Shown here: piece after piece, positions 47,776-61,885 of the stretch
Layout of the letters: each line of letters begins with the position of its first letter
Position numbering within the stretch: position 1 is the first letter of the stretch
Source: Myxococcota bacterium
Lineage (GTDB): Bacteria > Myxococcota_A > UBA796 > SXON01
DNA length: 64,000 nucleotides
NCBI GenBank assembly: GCA_040386535.1
Contig: JAZKFH010000049.1
Span: forward strand, 1 to 64,000
Direction: 5' to 3'
Position numbers and translations under genes: made by a program
The notes under the pieces: generated by a model
Databases searched by the model: none
What the model saw: only the letters and a program-made list of their open reading frames with translations
What the model was told of the DNA's origin: nothing

Positions 47776-48447
47776 ATGGACCTGCTCGCCACCCTCACCG
47801 CGGCGCGCGCCCGCGCCACGTCCACTCCCGACGACCCCGCCGCCTGGGCCGCGTTGGCCGACGTCCTCCAGGTCGCCGACCGCGGCGCCCTCGACGCCGA
47901 CGCCGGGTTCCAGCTCGGCGTGGACCGCTGGGACGCGCTCACCCGCGTCGCCACGCTCGCCCCGACGGTCGACCACCTCCGCGCCCAGGTCACGTGCATC
48001 GCCGCGCTCGCCACCCGCGCCCGCGCCCGCGGCTTCGGCGACATGGCCGTCGCCATGGCCCGCGACCAGCTCGCCGCCGCCCGCGTGTGGCTGCGCCTCG
48101 ACCCGACCCCCGACGCCGCCACGCACCTCGTCCAGGCCTCCCAGGTGGTCGCCGAGGACGCCCTCACCCGCGGCGACACGCCCGACGCCGCGCTGGCGCT
48201 CGTCGCGATGCTCGACGGTTTGCACGTGCTCGCCCAGCGCACCGGCAAGCCCGAGTACGCCTTGCAGATCGCGGGCGTTCATCTCCACCTGGCCGGCGTG
48301 GCGGGCGACCCCGAAGCCGAGCGCGCCTGCCTGCTCGCCGCGCGCGACGTGCTCGATCAGCTCGACGCCGCCGGCCTCAGCCACCCGGTCCAGACCCAGG
48401 TGCGCGACCAGGTCGAGGCGCGGCTGCTGGCGGTGGACGGGAGCTGA
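47776..48447 (+). CDS. Helical (TPR-like) hypothetical protein
   Basis: PDDPAAWAALADVL; host-like codon usage. Confidence 0.7.
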   Translation: MDLLATLTAARARATSTPDDPAAWAALADVLQVADRGALDADAGFQLGVDRWDALTRVATLAPTVDHLRAQVTCIAALATRARARGFGDMAVAMARDQLAAARVWLRLDPTPDAATHLVQASQVVAEDALTRGDTPDAALALVAMLDGLHVLAQRTGKPEYALQIAGVHLHLAGVAGDPEAERACLLAARDVLDQLDAAGLSHPVQTQVRDQVEARLLAVDGS

Positions 48448-48748
48448 CATCCCTGGGCGCGCCCCCGCGAAGACGCGGGGTCGGTCACCTGCGGGGTCGG
48501 CCTCCGGCCTTCGTTGGCGCGGGCGGCGCCCTGCGCCGCGGCGCCGAACCGCGCGGGCCAGCCCGCGCGCCCTCCGGCGCCCTCGCGCCGGGGCGGTGCA
48601 CGCGCGTGGCCTCGCCCAGCGGACGGGAGCGGACGGGAGGGAAGGACGGGCACGCACGCCGGAGCGCCGAACCACGCGGGCCCGCCCGCGCGCCCTCCGG
48701 CGCCCATGCGCCGGAGGGCGCGTGGAAGTCGAAGCTCGGCGGGCCCAT

Positions 48749-49735
48749 CGCGCTGGGCCACCGCCGCCCTCATGTCGGCGTCCAACGGGGTCATGCCCCC
48801 GCCAATGAACGTTCCGGCGAGTCATGTCCCTGTGAATGCACGCGCGGAGCGTGGCTCACCGCAATTCCTGGCGTTGGTCCGTTGACCCGAGGCGGCCGAA
48901 GGCTCAAACACCGGCAAGAACGTGCACTCGCCGAGGCATGGCTCCCGAAAAGCTTCACTCGGGGGCACATGGGTCGGGCAGGGGGGGCGGGCCGATGGGC
49001 GTTCCGCGCTACGATGTCCTCGATTCGCAGGCCGCGATCTCGACCTGCTCCCTCGTCAGCCGCGCGGCCCCACCCAGCGAGCGGGCTACGGGAGCGAAGG
49101 ACGGTCACGCGCGCTGGGCCACCGCCGCCCTCATGTCGGCGTCCAACGGGGCCATGTCCCCGCCAATGAACGTTCCGGCGAGTCATGTCCCTGTGAATGC
49201 ACGCGTGGAGCGTGGCTCGGCGCAATTCCTGGCGTTGGTTCGTTGACGGAACGTTGCCGGAAGCCGCAGAACCGGCAGGAACGTGCATCCAGGGCGGCAT
49301 GACTCCGAAAAAGCTTCACTCGGGGGGACATGGGTCGGGCACGGGGGGGCGAGGCCGATGGGCGTTCCGCGCCACGATGTCCTCGATTCGCAGGCCGCGC
49401 GATCTCGACCTGCTCCCTCGTCAGCCGCGCGGCCCCACCCAGCGAGCGGGCTACGGGAGCGAAGGACGGTCACGCGCGCTGGGCCACCGCCGCCCCCATG
49501 TCGGCATCCAACTTGGTCATGCCCCCGCCAATGAACGTTCCGGCGAGTCATGTCCCCGTGAATGCACGCGCGGAGCGTGGCTCACCGCAATTCCTGGCGT
49601 TGGTTCGTTGACCCGAGGCGGCCGAAGGCTCAAACACCGGCAAGAACGTGCACTCGCCGAGGCATGGCTCCCGAAAAGCTTCACTCGGGCGCACATGGGT
49701 CGGGCAGGGGGGGCGGCGGGGCCGATGGGCGTTCG
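48749..49735. repeat. Tandem array of ~361-365-bp units, each with a family B element (48789-48972, 49150-49333, 49515-49698)
   Basis: Unit starts CGCGCTGGGCCACCGCCGCCC at 48749, 49110 and 49475. Confidence 0.92.
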
Positions 49736-49845
49736 GGTCGGCCCGCCTCGACGGACGCGCAGTCGACCGCGCCCCGACGCCGGGCCCCGCCCCGCGGAAT
49801 AACGAGCCCCCCGACGCCTCCGTCACGACCCGCCGAGGGCCCCCC

Positions 49846-50511
49846 ATGACCCCACCCTCCCCCGCCTCGTTGACCGCGTTCCTCCTCGTCGTCGCGGGGG
49901 TGGTCGGGGCCGTGGTGGTGCCGGCGCGGTCGGCCCACGTGACCGTCGGCGCGGCGCTCTGGCTGGCCCTCACCGCCGCGATCCCCTTGGCGCTCGCACG
50001 CGGCATGCCGGCGCCCGCGGTCTTCGTGCTCGTGTTCCCCTCGGCCGTGGGCGTTGCGGCGTCGCCAGTGGGCGCGCGCTTGGCGGTGCTCCCGATCGGG
50101 GCGCTCGTGGCGTTCCAGGGGTTTCGCCTCCCGCTGGAGCTGGTGCTCCACGCCTGGGCGGGCGCGGGGACCGTCCCGCCCCAGATGACCTGGACGGGCG
50201 ACAACTGGGACGTCGCGACCGGCGTGATCGCCCTGGCCTGCGCTCCGTTCGCGAGCCGACCCGCCGTCGCGTGGTTCGCCAACGTCGTGGGGTTCGTGCT
50301 CCTCGCGAACGTGGTGCGCGTGGTCGCGCTCTCGACGCCGGGGCCGCTGCAGCGCTACCCCGAGCCGCTGCTGCTCGCGCTCCACTTCCCGACGGTGTGG
50401 ATCGCGACGGTGTGCGTGGCGGGCGCGCTGCTCGGGCACCTCGTCACCTTTCGCGCGCTGCTCCGGCGCGGAAGCGCTACGCCGCCGCCGCCGCCCGGAT
50501 CCACAGCGTGA
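49846..50511 (+). CDS. Integral membrane protein
   Basis: Multiple hydrophobic segments; FRLPLELVL..PPQMTW.GDNWD motif. Confidence 0.8.
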   Translation: MTPPSPASLTAFLLVVAGVVGAVVVPARSAHVTVGAALWLALTAAIPLALARGMPAPAVFVLVFPSAVGVAASPVGARLAVLPIGALVAFQGFRLPLELVLHAWAGAGTVPPQMTWTGDNWDVATGVIALACAPFASRPAVAWFANVVGFVLLANVVRVVALSTPGPLQRYPEPLLLALHFPTVWIATVCVAGALLGHLVTFRALLRRGSATPPPPPGSTA

Positions 50512-50872
50512 GCCGCTCGCGGTCGACCTCGGCGAAGGAGCGCAGCTTCACGTGCGGCATCGTGCCCGAGAGCTTGCCCTCGGGGTCGTCGAACGGGATG
50601 CGGGCATAGAAGCCGAACCGGACGTAGCCGGCCTTGGCCGTGAAGTAGCAGAGCATCTTGTCGGTCGTGTAGACCGGCATCCCCCACTTGATCTCCTCCC
50701 GGATGTCCGGGACGACCTCGCGCACGAGCGCGCGGAGGACCTCGGCGATCGCGAGCTGATCGGGCGGGAGGGCGGCGAGGTAGGCGTCGACCGGGGCGCC
50801 GAAGTCGTCCCGACGGCCGTACTTCTCACCCTCCGCGTTCGCGTCCGCAGCCTTCTTGCCTGCACCCGCCAT
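50477..50872 (-). CDS. DUF1801 (YdhG-like) protein
   Basis: VDAYLA..LRALVREVVP..EEIKWGMPVY. Confidence 0.85.
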   Translation of the reverse strand: MAGAGKKAADANAEGEKYGRRDDFGAPVDAYLAALPPDQLAIAEVLRALVREVVPDIREEIKWGMPVYTTDKMLCYFTAKAGYVRFGFYARIPFDDPEGKLSGTMPHVKLRSFAEVDRERLTLWIRAAAAA

Positions 50873-50983
50873 CGACACCTCCGCGGCCGAGTGTATGGCG
50901 CGCGCCCGAAGACCGCGCCGCCCGCACCCGGCAACCCCGCTCCGCAGCGGCCGCGCGCTCGGGCGCGGTCCGTCTGCCCAGCT

Positions 50984-51552
50984 CTACTCCTCGGCCTCCT
51001 GCCGCTCCAGCGCGTTGCACGCCCCCGACGCCGTGGCCTCCACGTCGATCGCCATGAACACGTCGATCGTGGTGTCGTCCTCGGGCAACGTGCCCTCGGC
51101 GGCGGTGGTGATCGTCATCGACTCGGCCACGACGTACTCGGTGAGGTCCACGCCATCGAGCTCCATCTCCACGCTCGTGGCGCCCGCGGGGAAGTCGGAG
51201 AGGTGGGCGATGCGCGCCTTCTCCAGCCCCGGGGCGGTCACGAAGATGTCGAGGTTGTCGAGGAAGGTGAGGTCCTCGCCGTCCGGCGTGGAGAGCGAGA
51301 GCTCCACGACGTAGACGCTGGCGATGTCGCCGGGGGCCACGCCCTGGTTGGCGAGCTCCTGGTCGACGTTCACGGACAGGTCGTCGAAGCCGCCGAGCGA
51401 GAGCGACGAGAGCACGCCCCCGAGCGCGCCCGCGCCGTCGATGAAGGTGGAGCCGCCCTGCTCGATCCGCACCGTGAGCAGCTCGCCGACGCACGCGCCG
51501 ACGAGGAGCAGCCAGGGGGCGAGCCGCGCCATCGCGGCCACGAGCGCGCGCA

Positions 51553-51553
<1 letters not shown>
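50984..51553 (-). CDS. Hypothetical lipoprotein
   Basis: LLVGAC lipobox-like; coupled to the nrdJ stop. Confidence 0.7.
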
Positions 51554-55215
<3,662 letters not shown>

Positions 55216-55382
55216 GGGGGCTCCAGGCGGGGGCGAGCGGAGGGCGTTCTGGCGGGAGAGGGCGGGTGTCTGGACCTGCTCGCCGCGTCGGCCGTAGGCT
55301 CGTCTTGGAGCACGGAGGACGAAGGGGGGCGGTCTGACGCGCCGCACTCTATCGAACCTGCACGGCTGGGGTCAAGTCCCAA

Positions 55383-55430
55383 ACGCTACATCTGGTGGTT
55401 TCCCGCTATGCATACCACTACACATAGCGT
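55383..55430. promoter_or_regulatory. Tandem NrdR boxes upstream of nrdJ
   Basis: ACGCTACATCTGGTGG (55383-55398) and CCACTACACATAGCGT (55415-55430), 32 bp apart, match consensus acaCwAtATaTwGtgt. Confidence 0.8.
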
Positions 55431-55522
55431 CCACAACTTATCCACCGATCGATCGGGACTTGTCCCCAGCTTGTCCCTTGCCCCCCTTCGGGCCCCGCGT
55501 CAGCCGCCCTTCCGAACCCGCG

Positions 55523-56512
55523 TCAGTGCAGGTTCGGCCGCGCCGAGAGCGTCAGCAGGTGCTCGTTGGCGAGCCGCAGCTGCACCGACAACGCGTCGAT
55601 CAGGCCCCGCCGGAACGCCCGGCCCTCGATGGTGTTCTCGTTCTCGAGCTGTCGGAAGGTCGCCCCGGAGATGCGCGCCAGCCAGGTGGGCTCGAGCACG
55701 CGGCACGTGGCGCTGCGGGCCCGCTCGTCCGTGAAGGCGACGACGCCGAACACGTGGCCCGGCCCCAAGGTCGCGACGCGCTCGTACCGATCGGCGCTCA
55801 CGGAGCAGTACACACCCACCTTTCCTTCGGCCACGATGTACGCGTCCTCGGGCGGGCGGCCCTCCTCGACGAGCACGGCGCCCGCCGCGGCCGGCACCAT
55901 CTGCATGCGCGCCGCGACGGCCATGAGCACCGAGTCGTCCCGGCCGGCGAAGCCGTGGGTGGCCTTGAGCACGTCGAGCAGGCGCGGGGGCGCGGTGCGG
56001 GGCACCTCTCCGCCGACTCCGAGCACGTTCGCGATCCGACCGAGGAACCCGCGCGGCTGGCCCTTCTCCAGGGGTTCACCCGCGGCGCGGCCGGCGATGA
56101 GCTGGTCGACCTCGCGCAGGCGGGCCGCGACGGTGCGGAGCGCGAGGGTCTCGAGCTGCCGCGCCAGCGGGTTGTCGCCGAGGCGGAGGAACCGGAGCCC
56201 CTCCTCGTCGAGGATGATGACCTTGGTGGCCACGAGCGTGGTGACGGTGGCGGAGCGGCGGTCGAACGAGCCGAACAGCGCCATCTCCCCGAGCAGCTCG
56301 CCACGGCTCACGCGGCCGAGCGGCACGCCGCCGAGGCTGACCTCGAGCGCGCCCTCGACCACCACGAGCATGCTGCGGTCGGACTCGCCCTCCTCCAGCA
56401 AAACCTCGCCGGCGCCGAGCTCGTAGGGTTTGAAGGCGGCGAGCGCCTGCGCCCGCTGCTCGGGGTCGAGGCCCGCGAAGATACCGGTGCGCTCGATCTC
56501 GTGGACATCCAT
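55523..56512 (-). CDS. Tandem cyclic-nucleotide-binding domain protein
   Basis: Two cNMP domains: GEMAL..RRSATV and FGVVA..ARSATC. Confidence 0.88.
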   Translation of the reverse strand: MDVHEIERTGIFAGLDPEQRAQALAAFKPYELGAGEVLLEEGESDRSMLVVVEGALEVSLGGVPLGRVSRGELLGEMALFGSFDRRSATVTTLVATKVIILDEEGLRFLRLGDNPLARQLETLALRTVAARLREVDQLIAGRAAGEPLEKGQPRGFLGRIANVLGVGGEVPRTAPPRLLDVLKATHGFAGRDDSVLMAVAARMQMVPAAAGAVLVEEGRPPEDAYIVAEGKVGVYCSVSADRYERVATLGPGHVFGVVAFTDERARSATCRVLEPTWLARISGATFRQLENENTIEGRAFRRGLIDALSVQLRLANEHLLTLSARPNLH

Positions 56513-56514
56513 GG

Positions 56515-56922
56515 TCACGGCCCCCTTGATGCGATGGTGTGCGCGGGATCGCGCTGCGAGGGCGCGGCGAGGGACGCCTGGTCCCAGGCCTGCACCCGCG
56601 CGCGGGCGGTCTCGCCCTCCTTCTCCAGCTCGTGCAGGCGCGATCCGTCGAGCACGGACACGAGGTAGCTCCCGGCCGCGAGGGTCACGCCCGCGATCGA
56701 GACCGCCTGCCACTGGTTGAAGCGGGGCTCGTCCTCGGCGACGGCCGCCTCGTACGCGTTCGCGGATGCGACGGCGAGGGTGGCGATCCCGGCGGCCTGG
56801 GTGACGCTGTAGCCCACGCCGCGCACCGGTTTGCCGTGAACGTAGACGCCGATGCCGAACGGCGCGATCGTCCAACCAGGGGGGGCCGCGAGGGCGGCGG
56901 AGGCGAGGGCGAGCAGGAGCAT
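56515..56922 (-). CDS. Hypothetical secreted/membrane protein
   Basis: Signal peptide, PFGIG motif, hydrophobic segments. Confidence 0.7.
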   Translation of the reverse strand: MLLLALASAALAAPPGWTIAPFGIGVYVHGKPVRGVGYSVTQAAGIATLAVASANAYEAAVAEDEPRFNQWQAVSIAGVTLAAGSYLVSVLDGSRLHELEKEGETARARVQAWDQASLAAPSQRDPAHTIASRGP

Positions 56923-57031
56923 CGCGGAGGCTTAGCCCGAACCGGGCGCGCGGGGAACGGGCCCGAAAGAGCGAGGTAGGAGAGGGGCTACGCTCCGCCC
57001 GCTACGCCTCCGCCCGCCATGCCTCCTGCCG

Positions 57032-57652
57032 CTAGGCCCCGCCCTGGGGCAGCGCCTTGACCTTGGCCTTCCCGTCCTCCACGACGATGCGGAACTTCAC
57101 CCCGTCGCACTGGTACGTGCTCTTGATCTGCCGCACCTGCTTGCGGAGCGCCTCGCGCACCGCGTCGAACGAGATGTCGGTGCCCTGGCCACACTTCCCG
57201 CGGGCCTCCATGTAGCGGTCGTACACCATCTTGTAGGCCCGCTCCTCGCGCTCCTGGGCCTCCTGCCGCTTGCGGAGCACCTCGATCTGCTCGGCCCCGA
57301 GCGTGGGCGCCTCGGGCTCGGCCACCACGTGCGCCTTCTTCGCGTCGGCGCGGAACCGCATCTTCGGGTGCGTGCCGCGCTCGACCATCACGAGGTTGCG
57401 CTGCCAGTACAGCTCGAGGCTCTGGAAGCGCGACTTGAGCGTCTGGTACCGGAAGCGCTGCACCGAGTTGTTCATCGGCTGGTCGATCAGATCGCGCATC
57501 TGGCGCCGCAGCGCGTCGCGATCCCGCAGCGGCTCGATGCGCTCCAGGCCCGAGAAGTACTTCTCGTAGTCGATCTTGAGCACGAACATCTTCTGCTCGA
57601 TCTCGTCCAGCTGCCCCGACAGGCCGCGGTCGGCCTTTTCGATCCGCGCCAT
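57032..57652 (-). CDS. MXAN_5187 C-terminal domain-like protein
   Basis: YEKYFSGLERIEP..RFRYQTL..W.R...ERG; VKFRIVVEDGKAKVKA. Confidence 0.8.
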   Translation of the reverse strand: MARIEKADRGLSGQLDEIEQKMFVLKIDYEKYFSGLERIEPLRDRDALRRQMRDLIDQPMNNSVQRFRYQTLKSRFQSLELYWQRNLVMVERGTHPKMRFRADAKKAHVVAEPEAPTLGAEQIEVLRKRQEAQEREERAYKMVYDRYMEARGKCGQGTDISFDAVREALRKQVRQIKSTYQCDGVKFRIVVEDGKAKVKALPQGGA

Positions 57653-57695
57653 CCGTCCCCCGCACACTTCACGATACCATCGCGCCGAGGACCCG

Positions 57696-58331
57696 ATGCC
57701 CATCCGCGTGCTGGTCGTGGACGACGAACCCGCCATCCGCGAGCTGCTCACCGAGTACCTGCGCGGCCGGGGGATGGACGTGGTGTCCGTCGGGGACGGC
57801 GAGGCCGCGCGCACCGTGCTCCAGCGCGACCCGCCCGACGCGCTCGTCATCGACCTGAAGCTCCCCGGCATCGACGGCATCGACGTCCTCCGCGTGGCGA
57901 GCGCCTGCGCGCCGCCCGTGCCCGCGGTCATGATCACCGGCTTCGGCTCCGTCGAGATTGCCATCGACGCGCTCCATGCCGGCGGGCGCGACTTCCTCGC
58001 CAAGCCCTTCCGCCTGCGCGACCTGTACGCGAGCGTCGAGCGCGTCCTGGCCACGGCGGCGCGCGACCGGCGTGCCACCTGGGCCGACGCCGCCATGTCC
58101 CTGCTCGTGAACGCCGAGATCGCGGAGACCGAGGCCGACGCCGAGGCGCTCGTCCCCGTGCTCCTCCAGCTCCTCGAGGCCGCTCCGGGCGGCGCCGCCG
58201 TGCTCGTGCGCCAGGAGGCGGGCGCCAACTCGCTCCCCCTCGGGGCCGACCGCTGGCTCGACGCCCCCACCCCCGCCGGCCGGCCGTGCATCCGCGCCGT
58301 TCACGACGCGCTCCGCCGGGTCGGCCGTTGA
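57696..58331 (+). CDS. Response regulator (receiver domain + short output)
   Basis: VLVVDDE, DLKLPGIDG, ITGFG, FLAKP. Confidence 0.92.
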   Translation: MPIRVLVVDDEPAIRELLTEYLRGRGMDVVSVGDGEAARTVLQRDPPDALVIDLKLPGIDGIDVLRVASACAPPVPAVMITGFGSVEIAIDALHAGGRDFLAKPFRLRDLYASVERVLATAARDRRATWADAAMSLLVNAEIAETEADAEALVPVLLQLLEAAPGGAAVLVRQEAGANSLPLGADRWLDAPTPAGRPCIRAVHDALRRVGR

Positions 58332-59113
58332 CGGTGGGGCCCGACGTCGTCGAGGTCTCGGGCATGCCGGAGCTGCGCGTGCTGCCCGCCCAGCCGATCT
58401 GGGCCGACCCCGTGGCCGACACCCGCGCGCCCCGCTCCGCGATCACCGTGCGCGCGCTCGGCACGCCCGGCATCGACGCCACGCTCGCGCTCCCGGTGCC
58501 CATCGTCGAACTCGTCCACGGCGACCTGCACGTCCAGCTCGGCCTCTCCGCAGCCCTCTTCCTCGGGTTCGTCGGCGACGGCCCGCTCGTGTTCGACTTC
58601 GAGACCTTCGACGGCTGGTTCGCCCTCCCCCTCGACGTGGCCGTCGGCCCCTGGTCCGCGCGGCTCGAGTGGGCGCACCTCTCCGCCCACTACGGCGACG
58701 GCGTGCGCGACAACGCCGCGCGGCCCGGCAACTTCGACCCCTACAGCCGCGAGTGGGTGCGCCTCTGGGGCGCCCGCGCCGTCGGCCCCGCGCGTGTGTA
58801 CGCCTCCGCCTGGGCCGTCCTGCACGCGCTCCCCGCGACCACGCCCTTCGGTGCGTCCGCTGGCGCCGAGGTCGAGGGCCCCTGGCCGCTCGCGCCCTAC
58901 GCCGCGGTCGATCTGCGCCTCGCCCAGGAAGACGCCTGGATGCCGGCCCTCGGCGGCCAGGTCGGCGGCCGCCTCGTCACCGGCACGCACCGCTTGCGGC
59001 TCGGCGTCTCGGCGCGCGTCGGCCCCGAGGACACCGGCAAGCTGCGCCCCGGCGACGAGGCGTGGGCGGGGGTGACCTTGAGCTACGATCGCGTGGTCGC
59101 GCGGATCGAGTGA
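58328..59113 (+). CDS. DUF1207-like outer-membrane protein
   Basis: ADTRAPR, WSARLEWAHLSAHYGD, YSRE; beta-strand pattern. Confidence 0.6.
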   Translation: MTVGPDVVEVSGMPELRVLPAQPIWADPVADTRAPRSAITVRALGTPGIDATLALPVPIVELVHGDLHVQLGLSAALFLGFVGDGPLVFDFETFDGWFALPLDVAVGPWSARLEWAHLSAHYGDGVRDNAARPGNFDPYSREWVRLWGARAVGPARVYASAWAVLHALPATTPFGASAGAEVEGPWPLAPYAAVDLRLAQEDAWMPALGGQVGGRLVTGTHRLRLGVSARVGPEDTGKLRPGDEAWAGVTLSYDRVVARIE

Positions 59114-59444
59114 GCCCCGGGCGTGAGGCGGGCGCGTCCCGCCGCGGACGCCGGGCCGGGCGCCTGCGGGCTTCGCTGCGCTCGGTCGACGCGGCGGACC
59201 GCGCCGGACCGGCCGGCGGACCGGCCGCCCTCCGGTGCCCTCGCGCGGGGTGGTGGGGGGCTCGCGCGCCCGTCGACATCCCCCCGGTTCTTGTCGCCGA
59301 TCGCGCGGCGGAACGCCGGGGCGAAGCGGCCACCGCTCGCGACGTTTTCGTCCCATTCCCGAGTTGTGGCGCTCCGAACACGCGCAGGCAGCCCCGAAAG
59401 CGGGGCCGTCGAGGGGTGCCCTCTGTCGGCAAGCGACATCATTC

Positions 59445-59482
59445 GCGTCACGACCGGCCGTGGAGCCCGTTCTGTCGGGTCG
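59445..59482 (-). repeat. Family A repeat, third copy
   Basis: Reverse complement CGACCCGACAGAACGGGCTCCACGGCCGGTCGTGACGC. Confidence 0.8.
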
Positions 59483-59533
59483 TGGGCCCGGCGGTCGTGC
59501 GTAAGGAAACGCACCGAGGGCGTCGAGATCCGA

Positions 59534-59719
59534 GGTCATGCCCCCGTCAACGCCGCTATATCGGAGTCATGTCCCCGTGAATGCCCAGTTCGAGGGTCGG
59601 TCCGCGCCCCCTCTACGGAGCAAGCTGCGTTTTTCGCGCTGGGGCGAGCGCTTGCGGCCTGGTTCCGTGCATTCAACCAGGCATGACTCGGTGCCGCGTG
59701 CAGTCATGGGGACATGACC
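59534..59719. repeat. Family B REPIN-like element, copy 5
   Basis: GGTCATGCCCCC..GAGTCATGTCCCCGTGAATGC ... GCATTCAACCAGGCATGACTC..GGGGACATGACC. Confidence 0.85.
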
Positions 59720-59834
59720 GGTTGCGCTCCCGCGCCGGCCGCCGCGCTTGGGGGAGTCGGCCGTGGGCTCCAGAGACCTCGGGAGCGACGGCCTGCTGGG
59801 ACGCACGGGCTCCTGAGGGACGTGTATAGGCACG

Positions 59835-59898
59835 GACCCGACACGCTGCGCCTCACCACGCGGCCCGAGCCGCGTCGTGAGGCGCAGCGTGTCGGGTC
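59835..59898. repeat. Long hairpin with perfect 22-bp stem
   Basis: GACCCGACACGCTGCGCCTCAC / GTGAGGCGCAGCGTGTCGGGTC. Confidence 0.9.
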
Positions 59899-60302
59899 GT
59901 GACGCCGGCGCACCTGCGTGCACCCCCGCGCCAAGGGCGCGAAGGGCAGCCGCCCCCGGCGGCTGGTCCGGCCGGGCGAACGGGAGCGCCCGACCCTCCG
60001 CCGATGCCACTTCGCCCGGCCGACCAAGCGGCTCCGCCGCGCGCCCGGAGCCGACCTGGCCCGCGCGGATGGGCGGCTCTGCCGTCCGCCCGCGCGGGGG
60101 CGCTTGCACCCTCATGACGCGCTGGCGTCCGCTTGCGACCCGGACGCGGTGGCGCCGGACCGGGTGCGGATCCGTTTGGCATCTTAGCATTGCTCAGATC
60201 GGGCGGCCCCGCGCGCGGCCCGGGCGCAGGCCGACCTGGAGCACGTCATCGGCGCGCCAGGCGGTCTCTACACGACGGCGCCTGCCTCCCGAGCGCTGAC
60301 GT

Positions 60303-61781
60303 TTACGGCGCGCTCCCGACGGCCTTGGCGGTGACCATCCCCTCGCGCAGGGTCTCGAGCTCCTTGCGGTAGCGGTGGGTGCGCACCTCGACGTCGGCGG
60401 CGGGCGCGGGCACCTCACGGAGCGCGGCCTCGATCACGAACACCGCCTCGGGGCGCTGGCCGCGCGCGGCGAGCACCTTGGCGAGGAGGCCGGCGGCGCG
60501 GAGGCGCTGGTCGCCCCAGGACTTGCCGAGCGCGGTGCGGGCGCGGGCCTGGGCGTCGGGGAGGCGCCCGGCGTCGAACGCGTGGCGCGCGGCGGCGTAG
60601 ACGAACGTGAACTCGTCGGGGAACCGCGCGGCGTACGTGTCGAGGAGCGCCAGGGCGCCGTCGACGTCGCCGGTCTCGGCCATCATCGAGGCGAGGAACG
60701 TGGCGTGGCCGCGGTCCTTCTCCACGTCACCGGTGAGGGCGGCGCGGAGGAGGGCGAGGGCGGAGAGGGTCAGCGCGCGCGCGGTCTCGGGCGGCGCGTG
60801 GGTGCCGGCCGCGTAGAGCAGGTCGGCGCCGCGCACGGGCGGGACCGTGGGCGCCAGGGCCACTGCGTCGGCCCACGCGGCGGGTGCGGCGTCGAGCGCG
60901 GCGTAGACCCAGTCGCCCGCGGGCGCGTCACTCGCGAAGAGCCAGCGGGCGTCGGCCTCGGAGGGGTCGACCAGGAGGCGGGCGATGCGCAGGTCGACGC
61001 CGTCCTCGGCGACGGGGAACAACGCGCGCGCGGCGGCGGGGCGCCCCCCTTCGGCGAGGCGGCGGGCGGCGGCGGAGGCGTCGCGGCCGCTCACGCCGGG
61101 CGCGGCGCCCCCGTCGAGGACACGCTTCGCGAGCACGTCGAGGGGCACGACCCCGCCGAGCGACGCGAACCACGCCCGCGTCTCCGTGGGGCCGGGGTAG
61201 CCCACGAGGCGGTCGACCTCGACGCCCGCGGCATCGATGGCGACGAGCGTGGGGTAGCCACCCACGGCGTACTGGTCCTTGAGCGCCCAGGAGGCCGGCT
61301 GGTCCACGTCGATGGTGTCGACCGGGAGGCCCGCCGTGGCGCCCGCCACGTGGAGCACCTCGGCCTCCATCAGGTTGCACGGCGGGCACCACACGGCGCC
61401 GAAGTCGAGCACCTTGACCACGCCCGACGTCGCGACGCCGAAGCTCGCGCCCGCGAGGCCACCCTCCTCCACGAGCACGACGCGGCCGCGCTTCCCGCGC
61501 ACCTCGCCCGCGCCGACGAACCGCGCGGAGCGGCACGCGGTGCTGCCGTCGGTGCACAGCGCCACGTCGACCTCTACCCGCACGGGCCCCGGCGCCACGG
61601 GCACGCGCACCGCGGCGGGGCTCCCGCGCAGCTCCACGCGCATGTCGCCGACGACCACGGTGGTCGGGGCCTCGGGAGACACGTGCTCGCCGCGCGCGTC
61701 GATGCCGATGGAGGCCACGCCGCCGCGCCACTCGAGGTGCGCTTCGGCCGCGAAGGCCGGAAGGGAGAGGAGGAAGAACAT
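60303..61781 (-). CDS. Secreted thioredoxin-fold + TPR-like protein
   Basis: Signal peptide, DFGAVWCPPC, YPT, helical C-terminus. Confidence 0.85.
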   Translation of the reverse strand: MFFLLSLPAFAAEAHLEWRGGVASIGIDARGEHVSPEAPTTVVVGDMRVELRGSPAAVRVPVAPGPVRVEVDVALCTDGSTACRSARFVGAGEVRGKRGRVVLVEEGGLAGASFGVATSGVVKVLDFGAVWCPPCNLMEAEVLHVAGATAGLPVDTIDVDQPASWALKDQYAVGGYPTLVAIDAAGVEVDRLVGYPGPTETRAWFASLGGVVPLDVLAKRVLDGGAAPGVSGRDASAAARRLAEGGRPAAARALFPVAEDGVDLRIARLLVDPSEADARWLFASDAPAGDWVYAALDAAPAAWADAVALAPTVPPVRGADLLYAAGTHAPPETARALTLSALALLRAALTGDVEKDRGHATFLASMMAETGDVDGALALLDTYAARFPDEFTFVYAAARHAFDAGRLPDAQARARTALGKSWGDQRLRAAGLLAKVLAARGQRPEAVFVIEAALREVPAPAADVEVRTHRYRKELETLREGMVTAKAVGSAP

Positions 61782-61885
61782 CGTGGTCACGTAGCGCGGC
61801 TGCGCGACGGCGGGTGGGCCACGCGTGTGTGCCCCCTTGTCGGAACGCCCTCGGAGCAGGTAGACCTGCGCCACCCGAGGCTCCC

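Noticed and set aside
48749..49735. Possible CRISPR array
   Set aside because: Units are ~360 bp and nearly identical throughout, there are no unique 30-40-bp spacers, and no cas genes are present
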